Below are positions 56,534 to 64,000 of a stretch of DNA of 64,000 nucleotides, one piece after another (position 1 is the first letter of the stretch; each line of letters opens with the position of its first letter). Position numbers and translations under genes: made by a program. The stretch lies in the IMG/VR virus record IMGVR_UViG_3300044766_000192, positions 1-64,000 of that record. One strand, written 5' to 3'. This stretch comes from a virus. The notes beneath the pieces were generated by a model that searched no databases, was not told the origin of the DNA, and worked only from the letters and a program-made list of their open reading frames with translations.

Positions 56534-57532
56534 GTGGGAAGACCGAAGATTCACGGTCGAAGTAAGCTACCAGAATATGTAGTTTGGTCGGGAATGCTTC
56601 AACGCTGTACAAACCCTAACAACTCCGGTTGGAAAAACTATGGTGGGCGAGGCATCAATGTTTGCGAGCGTTGGCGGTCGTTTGAAAACTTCTTTGCCGA
56701 CATGGGAGTACGACCGAGCCCCGAATTTACAATTGATCGTTTCCCAAACAACAACGGTGACTACGAGCCCACAAACTGCCGTTGGGCGACGCGATTAGAG
56801 CAAGGTCGAAGCACCCGTCGAGTAAAACTCTCAGTTGAGCGTGTTCAAGAGATCTTTCTGTTATCAAAACAAGGCGCAAGTCTTCGATCAATTGCTCAAC
56901 GCTTTGGAGTATCAGACTCTACTGTTAGCTCGGTTCTAAACGGGACAACTTGGTGTCCACCAGGACAACCAAGAAAACAACCAGGCTACAAAAAACTGAT
57001 GCTAGTAATCGGTTCCAACACCGCACAGGCACTCGCGCCGCATACTATAGAGCATTCATGGGTGATGTTCGTTCAAGTGGCATCACCGGGCGGCGTCATC
57101 GGCCCAATCAAGATTGAAGGTGTGCGCGGGTCTCAAGTAAGCAAACGCTTGTTCGCAATCTCCGAGGACAATCCCTATCCAGCGTACTTGATCGGGCTCG
57201 TCGAAACGCCGACGCCCGCTGAGCATGCGCAAGCAATCTGCGAGCAGTACAGCACAAGTCATTTACATGACGGTTGGTTCGAACCGACGCCGGTCTTGCT
57301 GCAATTCATTCAGCATGTCGGGCAAAGCGCGCTCGCGAGCTTGATCGCAGCGACGCGGCCTGGCGGCGTGCCTGATGCTGTTGTCGGCATCGAAGAAATT
57401 GCTACTGTGCTTGATGTTTCAGTGCCGACGATTCGCAGACTTGTCACAGCCGGTGCGATCCCCCACTTTCGTGTCGGTCGTCAGCTGCGATTCGTCGTCG
57501 AAGATGTGCTTGCATCTATGAACCGCGGCTAG
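56534..57532 (+). CDS. HNH endonuclease-HTH fused to GIY-YIG/T5orf172-like domain and excisionase-type HTH
   Basis: YGGRGI.VCERW..FENF, IDR..NNG.YEP.NCRWAT; HDGWF; IATVLDVSVPTIRRLV..G.IP.FRVGRQLRF; class A promoter 56505-56526. Confidence 0.75.
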   Translation: MGRPKIHGRSKLPEYVVWSGMLQRCTNPNNSGWKNYGGRGINVCERWRSFENFFADMGVRPSPEFTIDRFPNNNGDYEPTNCRWATRLEQGRSTRRVKLSVERVQEIFLLSKQGASLRSIAQRFGVSDSTVSSVLNGTTWCPPGQPRKQPGYKKLMLVIGSNTAQALAPHTIEHSWVMFVQVASPGGVIGPIKIEGVRGSQVSKRLFAISEDNPYPAYLIGLVETPTPAEHAQAICEQYSTSHLHDGWFEPTPVLLQFIQHVGQSALASLIAATRPGGVPDAVVGIEEIATVLDVSVPTIRRLVTAGAIPHFRVGRQLRFVVEDVLASMNRG

Positions 57533-57561
57533 CTGTCAGAGCTGCGTGGTAGCCCTTAGAT

Positions 57562-57855
57562 GTGGGGCCAACCCTCGTCGTCAATTGCCGTCGCGAGCCC
57601 TTTGACGTCTACATCGGACGAGGATCGATTTGGGGTAATAGGTTCGTGCACCTTGTAACAGGACGCCACCAAGGTGTGATCGGCGTTGCGACACGCGATG
57701 AAGCGATCGATCGCTACGCTGAGTGGATCCAAACACAGCCGCAGCTTCTCGCGTTGATTCACACGCTCCGTGGAAAGCGTCTCGGTTGCTACTGTCTGTA
57801 CAACCAACGCTGTCACGGCGAAATCCTCGCGGATCTCGCTGACGGCCTTCGCTAG
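57562..57855 (+). CDS. DUF4326 family protein
   Basis: DVYIGRGS.WGN.F, LRGKRLGCYC...CHG; class A promoter 57534-57555. Confidence 0.85.
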   Translation: MGPTLVVNCRREPFDVYIGRGSIWGNRFVHLVTGRHQGVIGVATRDEAIDRYAEWIQTQPQLLALIHTLRGKRLGCYCLYNQRCHGEILADLADGLR

Positions 57856-57884
57856 CTGCCAGACCTCGATGCTACGCCTCGAAA

Positions 57885-58016
57885 ATGCGAATCAACGTCT
57901 ACAGCCAAGAACTGACTAGCGAGGTCATCCGGATGCCGCATTCGCAGAGTCGTCGTGAGGAAATGGCAAAGGCGTTCGAGCAGATCGCTAAGCTGTTCCG
58001 CACTGAAGGGAGGTAG
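57885..58016 (+). CDS. 43-aa hypothetical protein (MRINVYSQELT...); not in ORF track
   Basis: Class A promoter 57857-57878 lies 6 nt upstream; ends 2 nt before thyX. Confidence 0.55.
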   Translation: MRINVYSQELTSEVIRMPHSQSRREEMAKAFEQIAKLFRTEGR

Positions 58017-58018
58017 GG

Positions 58019-58708
58019 ATGGGCCACATCGTCATCAATGGTAACGAGATCCCCTGCCTCGACCACGGATACGTGGCTCTCGTCGACGTGATGGGCGACG
58101 ACCGCACGCCGGCTCAGACCGCGCGCACGAGCTTCCGCAATCGCAAGGAGCGAACGGCCGAAGAGGACGCCAAGCTCACAGACTACTTGATCCGCAATCG
58201 CCACAACACGCCGCTCGAATTTGTGAACCTGCGTTTCTATATGAAGATGCCGATCTTCGTCGCGCGTCAGCTCGTGCGCCACCGGATGGCGAGCATCAAC
58301 GAGATCAGTTATCGCTACGTGCAAGCTGCGCGCGAATTCTACGTACCAACGTCCGATCGCATGCAGCGAAAGGCCGAGACGAACAAGCAGGGCTCATCAG
58401 AGGAGATCGTCGACGATCCGCTCATGTGTAACCGGTTGATGGTCGCCGTCGGGCACCAAGCGTTCGACGCGTACGAGAAGCTCCTCGCACACGGGCTTGC
58501 CCCAGAGATCGCGCGTAGCGTATTGCCGCTCGGCACGTACACCGAGTGGTACTGGGCCGCTGATCTCCACAACACGCTCCACATGCTGAGCTTGCGGCTC
58601 GACCCACACGCGCAGTACGAGATCCGCGTCTACGCCGAGGCGATGTTGAATCTCCTCAAGCCGATCTTTCCGACGATCATCAGCTCTTGGGGGAAAATCC
58701 GTGGCTAA
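58019..58708 (+). CDS. thyX: Flavin-dependent thymidylate synthase
   Basis: H.TPLE, PIFVARQLVRHRMASINEISYRY, AQYEIR. Confidence 0.96.
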   Translation: MGHIVINGNEIPCLDHGYVALVDVMGDDRTPAQTARTSFRNRKERTAEEDAKLTDYLIRNRHNTPLEFVNLRFYMKMPIFVARQLVRHRMASINEISYRYVQAAREFYVPTSDRMQRKAETNKQGSSEEIVDDPLMCNRLMVAVGHQAFDAYEKLLAHGLAPEIARSVLPLGTYTEWYWAADLHNTLHMLSLRLDPHAQYEIRVYAEAMLNLLKPIFPTIISSWGKIRG

Positions 58709-58813
58709 GGATCGTTCGGCGATCGTTGAGCTTCAACCGGCAGACAAGCAGGTTGAGCGCACGCGAACTTGGTACCGCCGCCGAAAGAAGTTGGCGATTC
58801 CTGAAAACCTACG

Positions 58814-59110
58814 ATGGCTAGAAGAATGATCATTCACAAGAATCGACCAAAATCAGAGCCCGACACGTTTCGCATCAGTGGCAAGCCTCCAACAGAAGAG
58901 GCGGTTGATCATCCCGCGCACTACGGCGGCGAGAACAATCCGTACGAAGCGATCAAGGTGATCGAGGCGCTCGGTCTCGGATTCAATCTCGGAAACGCTT
59001 TCAAGTACATCGCGCGAGCGGGCAAGAAAGATCCCGCGAAAGCCCTCGAAGACTTGAAAAAGGGGGCGTGGTATTTGAATCGAGAAATAGAGAACAGATC
59101 GAAAAAATGA
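58814..59110 (+). CDS. DUF3310 family protein
   Basis: VDHPAHY, GNAFKYIARAGKK, EDLKK..WYL. Confidence 0.88.
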   Translation: MARRMIIHKNRPKSEPDTFRISGKPPTEEAVDHPAHYGGENNPYEAIKVIEALGLGFNLGNAFKYIARAGKKDPAKALEDLKKGAWYLNREIENRSKK

Positions 59111-59313
59111 GCGAGCGCTACAAGCCGAAGGATCTCCTCCGAGCACGCGGCACGAGCCCCGTGAAGACTCAACCCAAGCCAACGGCGATCGACTATCACC
59201 AACAGCTACTACGAAAACGAACAGCTGAGCGGATCGGTGGAAGCCCCGTCGAGTGCAGTCACGGCGTGCCGTGGGTCGACTGCACGATCTGCTCGAAACC
59301 GATCAAGCGCTAG
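59107..59313 (+). CDS. Small protein with C-terminal CxHG..CxxC
   Basis: ATGA overlap. Confidence 0.5.
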   Translation: MSERYKPKDLLRARGTSPVKTQPKPTAIDYHQQLLRKRTAERIGGSPVECSHGVPWVDCTICSKPIKR

Positions 59314-59738
59314 CGACGGCGCTTTTTCTTGCCGCCGAGATGCTTCGCGAGGAACCAAGCACCCGTGCCGAGCGCCGCGACGATGCCGAGCTTGGGAACC
59401 CAGCCCCATGTATCTGGGAACACGCCCGCGAGAGCTGGATATGGACGGAGACCTGGAGGATGCTTCCAACCGATCTTCCTATCAGACCCCCAGACGGTTC
59501 CCCCGCCGAGCGAGCTGACGAAGCGCTTGAGCGGCGGATCGACCATCGTGATCCCGAGACCTGCAAGCCCGCGACGGTCGCTCGTTCCGGGGCCGAACGT
59601 CCCGAACACCGTCGGGTTGAGGGGCTGAACAGTCGTCTGCATCACGCCCTCGGGCATCACGAGATTCCGGTTGAGGTTGTAGTTGACGGTGGGATCTGGC
59701 GAGAACTGCCAGTCAGGAATGATGCCGAGCGAGATCAT
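59310..59738 (-). CDS. Virion membrane protein
   Basis: MISLG leader, LAGLG site, C-terminal TM plus KKKRRR. Confidence 0.7.
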   Translation of the reverse strand: MISLGIIPDWQFSPDPTVNYNLNRNLVMPEGVMQTTVQPLNPTVFGTFGPGTSDRRGLAGLGITMVDPPLKRFVSSLGGGTVWGSDRKIGWKHPPGLRPYPALAGVFPDTWGWVPKLGIVAALGTGAWFLAKHLGGKKKRRR

Positions 59739-59740
59739 GG

Positions 59741-60055
59741 TTAGCCCTTCCTTTTCTTGCGGCGCGGTGGGCGTACGATCACGCCAGTCATTCGACGATT
59801 GTACTCAGCGTATTCGCTGATATCGGGTCGTGCAAAAGAGATAGCCGCCGACGCCGCATCCCGCATTGCACGAGGATCATCAACGGCGATTCGCCGATCG
59901 TGAGCACTGCGTGCACCTCCGCTGGGATTTCGAACGTAGACAATCTCGCAACGCTCGCCCTTCACAGTCGGGCAGATCTTCACCCTGTACTGATCCGTTC
60001 GATCGTTCCACGCGACGTCCATCTTAAGCCGCCCGCTGATAAAACGTTTCGCCAT
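59741..60055 (-). CDS. Small basic protein (MAKRF...RRKKRKG)
   Basis: Operon packing, K/R tail. Confidence 0.6.
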   Translation of the reverse strand: MAKRFISGRLKMDVAWNDRTDQYRVKICPTVKGERCEIVYVRNPSGGARSAHDRRIAVDDPRAMRDAASAAISFARPDISEYAEYNRRMTGVIVRPPRRKKRKG

Positions 60056-60058
60056 AGC

Positions 60059-60316
60059 TCAAGCCCTCTTCGGTTTGCCGTAGCCTTCAGCCAGGGCGAT
60101 GGTTGGAACGATCACCGGGAACAACCCACCGAGGATGAACCACAAAATCCCCCACCCGATCGACTTGTTGCGACGGTAGCCGTGGAAGCCGCTGACCGCC
60201 GCTGACGCCGTTGCGAGGTAGGCGAGCCACGGAATCTTTGGCGGCATCGGAACAGGCGGCATCGCAGCCGGATCGATCAACGAAGGATCGTCGCTGAGCC
60301 CGATGAGAGTGATCAC
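60059..60316 (-). CDS. Small 2-TM virion membrane protein
   Basis: FHGYRRN.SIGW...W......P......A.GY; TAGGAT-N6-GTG. Confidence 0.7.
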   Translation of the reverse strand: MITLIGLSDDPSLIDPAAMPPVPMPPKIPWLAYLATASAAVSGFHGYRRNKSIGWGILWFILGGLFPVIVPTIALAEGYGKPKRA

Positions 60317-60338
60317 AGCGTCATCCTACACCAAAACG

Positions 60339-61055
60339 CTATGCGTCAAAATCTGTGATCCGGCCGACCGGCATCTCGACGCCGAAGTTGTTCTTACCGG
60401 GCAAGGTCGAATCGAGCGCGAGCCATTTCGTCGGCGCGACCTTGGGCAAGCCCGCCACCGCGTAGATGTGCGAATCTTCCCCGCGCCGTGTCTCGGCGAC
60501 CACGCGCAAGCGCGGCGTGATGCCGTTGAGTGCGAGCAGCGTCGCCGAAAGCGCAGAGTGATCGTCGCAGTCGCCACCACGAAATTCGTTGGTGCGCTTG
60601 GGGCTCTGGAACAGATCGATACCTTCGACGGGACCGTTGCGGCCAAACTTCACCGGAGCGATGTCGCCCGTGTAGCGCACACGACCCTTGACGTAGTCAT
60701 AGACGGCCTTGGCTTCGCACGTCCCATCACGCTCGGGACAGTGCTGCGTGATCCCGAGCGCGAGCTTACGCATCTGCGGATCCTGCACGCCTTTGTAGAC
60801 GAGATCTTGGATCGACGCGACGCGCTCCTCGATCGGCATCAGGGCCGAGCGCCGATGCTCCGTCCGCATGCCGCCTGATTCAGTAGACCCAACGAGCGGC
60901 GCGGGCGAGTAGCGCTTGGTGACGAGCCGATACTTCGGCTTGAACAGCCCCAAGCCCGCGAGCTGCCGCTGGCGCCGGCCAAAATAGACCAAACCGCCGA
61001 TGATCGCGATGGCGCCGACCGCGATGCCGAGGCGCTTCTTGTTCCGAGACGTCAT
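60339..61055 (-). CDS. Transglutaminase-like cysteine protease, putative maturation protease
   Basis: VRYT.D, GDCDD (Cys), SHIY (His), WLALD (Asp); N-terminal TM then LAGLG. Confidence 0.8.
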   Translation of the reverse strand: MTSRNKKRLGIAVGAIAIIGGLVYFGRRQRQLAGLGLFKPKYRLVTKRYSPAPLVGSTESGGMRTEHRRSALMPIEERVASIQDLVYKGVQDPQMRKLALGITQHCPERDGTCEAKAVYDYVKGRVRYTGDIAPVKFGRNGPVEGIDLFQSPKRTNEFRGGDCDDHSALSATLLALNGITPRLRVVAETRRGEDSHIYAVAGLPKVAPTKWLALDSTLPGKNNFGVEMPVGRITDFDA

Positions 61056-61070
61056 CGTGGCTCTAGCCTA

Positions 61071-61889
61071 TCACGCGCGCTTGTGGTGGCTGAAGATGAG
61101 AGCGAGCGTACCGAGTAACGCGAGGCCAGTCGGGACGTACCAATAACGAGCCGCTACTTCTGGAAGGGAAACACCCATACCGGATTTGCACTCGTTCGAC
61201 CAGCACCACCACGGTCGCGGCGCCATGCAGCCGTCGCCTGTGGGCGTAGGGATCATTCCAGAAGGACACGTCATCGTCGACGGCGGTGTCATCGTCGACT
61301 GAGCGCCAGCGGTCGGTGGCGGGCACAGGCTGATGTCCTGCGCTGAGCTTCCATCTGGACACAAAACGAAAGACGCCGGTTGTTGATCCTGTGGCAACGG
61401 CGGTGGTGGTGGCTGATAGATCGGCACTACGAGCGGCGGCGGCGTGGCAATCAGTGTCGAGGGATCAACGCCGAGATACGACGCGTAGCTCTGTACGAGC
61501 GCCTCTACGTTCGCTGCGATCCAATCAGCATTGACGCTGACGTCGAACAGCGCGAACTGCGGGATCCCGGTGTTCGCCATAAACAGGATCGCGTTGATGG
61601 TCGTCTGTCCGATGTTGCCGTCGACACTGATCGACGGAAAGCTCTGACCTGCTGGAAGATTTGCAGCAACTGCCAGGTTGAGCAGCACTTGAAGCTGCTG
61701 GACGCAGTAGCCTGGCGTGCACGCGTAGCTCGGTGGCGGGGCGTAGCTCGTCGACGGTACGAGCGCGCTCGTACTTTGTGAAGCAGCCGCACGCGTTGGA
61801 AATGATCTCGTCGGCAATAGCGCTGTAGCCGGATCTGATGGATCTGCTGTGCCGCCTGGTGCCATCCCGAGGCTCGTAATCGAGAGCAT
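61071..61889 (-). CDS. Membrane-anchored protein with peptidoglycan-binding-like and Cys-rich domains
   Basis: VQQLQVLLN...VDGNIGQTT, poly-Pro, CPDGS, C-terminal TM. Confidence 0.7.
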   Translation of the reverse strand: MLSITSLGMAPGGTADPSDPATALLPTRSFPTRAAASQSTSALVPSTSYAPPPSYACTPGYCVQQLQVLLNLAVAANLPAGQSFPSISVDGNIGQTTINAILFMANTGIPQFALFDVSVNADWIAANVEALVQSYASYLGVDPSTLIATPPPLVVPIYQPPPPPLPQDQQPASFVLCPDGSSAQDISLCPPPTAGAQSTMTPPSTMTCPSGMIPTPTGDGCMAPRPWWCWSNECKSGMGVSLPEVAARYWYVPTGLALLGTLALIFSHHKRA

Positions 61890-61954
61890 GTTGCGAGCCT
61901 ATCACGAGCACCGTGAAGCTCGCAGGCGTCTCGTACTTGGGATAGGGTAGGCTC

Positions 61955-63064
61955 ATGCTCTCGTTCTCGCTCTTGGGGGCGCTACCTACCGATGCGATCT
62001 CGCTCATCGCCCATCAGGCGACGTTTCTTCCGGCACGGCAGCCACTGACACCCGGCATGTGCTCGGCAGACGGGCAATTCATTTGGAACGGTCCTGACCC
62101 CGGCGGCTACTGGTCGCGGCTCGTAGCAGGTCAGCAATGCACGAGCCTCTCGACAGTTGGCCCAACGGTTCAGACGGAGCCCCAAGGCGGTATCGGTCCG
62201 ACGTTGTGTTATGCGCGCGGGACCCACGACATCGTCGAGTGCCCACCTACGGATCCCAACGCCCCCGCGAACGTGCCAAAGCCCGTCGATTCAAAACCGA
62301 TGAAGATGATCCAGGTCGGGCCGTTCACGATTCCCTATCAGGCGCAGCAATTCACGATCCACTGGAGCACTGCTCTGCCGTCGGACTGGCAGACCTTCAT
62401 CAACAAAGAGCTAGCGCACGACTGCGACAACTGCGTCGTCAGCTCGATGAAGGACGCGAGCGACATCCCCTACCTGAAAGATTTTCTCGGCGGGGGCATG
62501 CCGGCACAGTTCAACCAAGATTTCGTCGTCGGTGCGAAGGGCACGATCCACGGACAGTTCACCGGTCAGATCACTGTCACCCCGGACACGGATCTGTCGA
62601 GCTACAACCCGATCGTCCTGACTCAGCACCCGGATACTGGCGAAGACTTCGGCATCTACATGGCGCTCGGTGTTCAAGATCTATCGCGCCCCTACGACGC
62701 AAAGACCAACCCTGCGGTCCTACAACTCCTGTGGCGAAAAGTTGAGCGGACCTGGTACGCCGCAGCGTGGAATTGGATCAAGCACATTGTCGCCAAGATC
62801 ATTGAGATCGGCGGCGAGCTGATCTGCGGCTACGTCTGTACGCCAGATGCCGTCGACAAAGCCGTCAAAGCGGCGATGGCCAGCAAGAATCCGTACGCCG
62901 TGGCTGGAGCTGTGATCGGTTCTGCCATCGCCGTCGGAAACTGCACGTGTCCGCTTCCGCCGTTGGTGCCCGTCGTGCCGCCGCCGGCAAGCTACACGGG
63001 GTGGATCATCGCCGGGCTCGTTGCAGTAGGCGTCATCGGCGCAGTCGTATACCGGCAGTCATGA
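61955..63064 (+). CDS. Cys-containing virion membrane protein
   Basis: MLSFSLLG leader, Pro linker, C-terminal TM; TAGGGT-N6-ATG. Confidence 0.7.
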   Translation: MLSFSLLGALPTDAISLIAHQATFLPARQPLTPGMCSADGQFIWNGPDPGGYWSRLVAGQQCTSLSTVGPTVQTEPQGGIGPTLCYARGTHDIVECPPTDPNAPANVPKPVDSKPMKMIQVGPFTIPYQAQQFTIHWSTALPSDWQTFINKELAHDCDNCVVSSMKDASDIPYLKDFLGGGMPAQFNQDFVVGAKGTIHGQFTGQITVTPDTDLSSYNPIVLTQHPDTGEDFGIYMALGVQDLSRPYDAKTNPAVLQLLWRKVERTWYAAAWNWIKHIVAKIIEIGGELICGYVCTPDAVDKAVKAAMASKNPYAVAGAVIGSAIAVGNCTCPLPPLVPVVPPPASYTGWIIAGLVAVGVIGAVVYRQS

Positions 63065-63076
63065 TAGGGTAGCCCC

Positions 63077-63571
63077 ATGCTCGCTTTCTCGTTGCTCAGC
63101 GGCCCGCTCACTGTTCGCCTGCTTGGGAACGCGTCCATCGGGTTTCGTGGTGTTCTCGGTAGCCTCGGCGCCGATGTCGATCAGAATGCCGGAGATGGGA
63201 GTAGCTGTCCCACAGAAGAACCCGTGTGGAGCGACTTCTATGGATCATGCGTCGTCGCCTGCCCCGCGGGGCAGACATACGACAACAGCGGCAACTGTGT
63301 CGGCGGCGGCGGTGGTGGAGCACAGCCATCACAACCATCCAGCGGCGGATCATGGTGGTCACAGGCGATCACGGCGTTCACGAAGGGCGCGGCGCAGGGC
63401 GCACTCGCACCCAAGACGCCCACGCCGACGTACCCGAAGCCGATCGCCGTCGCGCCCTGGTACACGCAGTGGTGGGGCATCGGTGCGATTGCCGTCGGTG
63501 TACTCGGCGCCGGAGCGCTAATCTTGAGCCCAAAGAAGTCGACTGCTGTTGCGGGGCATCGTCGCAGGTAG
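63077..63571 (+). CDS. Cys-containing virion membrane protein
   Basis: MLAFSLLSG leader, LGSLGA, C-terminal TM plus VAGHRRR; TAGGGT-N6-ATG. Confidence 0.7.
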   Translation: MLAFSLLSGPLTVRLLGNASIGFRGVLGSLGADVDQNAGDGSSCPTEEPVWSDFYGSCVVACPAGQTYDNSGNCVGGGGGGAQPSQPSSGGSWWSQAITAFTKGAAQGALAPKTPTPTYPKPIAVAPWYTQWWGIGAIAVGVLGAGALILSPKKSTAVAGHRRR

Positions 63572-63577
63572 GAAGCC

Positions 63578-63997
63578 ATGGGACTTTCACATCCCTACAA
63601 CTATGAGCCGCTCTGGCAGGCACGCCGTGCAGAGCTTCGCGAAGCGCGCGAGCTTCACAACCGGACGCTCGGCGACGCCGCCAGCACCATCAGTCAGGCG
63701 ATCAACGTCATCAACGATTCGGGTGAGTATCTGGGAACGATCCAGCACATCCTTGAAGATCCAGATCTGCCGGGGTTGATCCAACGTGTCGAGACGCTTC
63801 GCTCGTTCGAGCCTCCCGCGGATCCGTACGCGCCTGATTCGGGGCCGGGACCGGGCATCGGGCTGCACCAATTTCTCGGGCCGTTCGATCTCTATCTCAA
63901 GATGAAGCAGTATCCGATTCTCCCGTGGCTCGCTGTCGCTGGGATCCTGACGCTGATCGGCGGTGTCGGTTATGCCATCGGAAAGCGTCGAGGATAG
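63578..63997 (+). CDS. Virion membrane protein
   Basis: C-terminal TM ending GGVGYAIGKRRG, similar to 24102-24434. Confidence 0.7.
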   Translation: MGLSHPYNYEPLWQARRAELREARELHNRTLGDAASTISQAINVINDSGEYLGTIQHILEDPDLPGLIQRVETLRSFEPPADPYAPDSGPGPGIGLHQFLGPFDLYLKMKQYPILPWLAVAGILTLIGGVGYAIGKRRG

Positions 63998-64000
63998 ATG

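Overview
The whole 64-kb window (about 60% GC) reads as part of a bacterial virus genome. No host housekeeping block, rRNA, tRNA or CRISPR array was seen. 1-18.9 kb (+): replication/recombination genes (SNF2 helicase, Cas4/RecB-like nuclease, Sak4-like ATPase, SSB, UDG-PolA fusion, UvrD, Dam) carrying six inteins. 24.5-35.4 kb (-): accessory/early genes, a PKHD hydroxylase, a tyrosine recombinase and endonuclease VII, followed by a repeat-rich control region and a divergent RHH regulator. 18.9-24.4, 36.7-56.4 and 59.3-64 kb: morphogenesis genes with no recognisable terminase, portal, HK97 capsid, tail or tape measure. Instead there are two probable single-jelly-roll capsid proteins, spikes/collagen fibres, many small membrane-anchored proteins, many tiny basic proteins and a transglutaminase-like Cys protease. 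Candidate substrates, and the protease itself, carry adenovirus-protease-like LxGxG sites. Best interpretation (inference): an unusually large tailless, membrane-containing virus, probably of Myxococcota. Two promoter classes are visible: leaderless -10 promoters ahead of virion genes, and a TGTCAG-N10-TA box with the geometry of the actinobacterial PafBC DNA-damage promoter ahead of replication/metabolism genes. All calls are from motif reading by eye; no database searches were run, and no packaging ATPase lies in the window.
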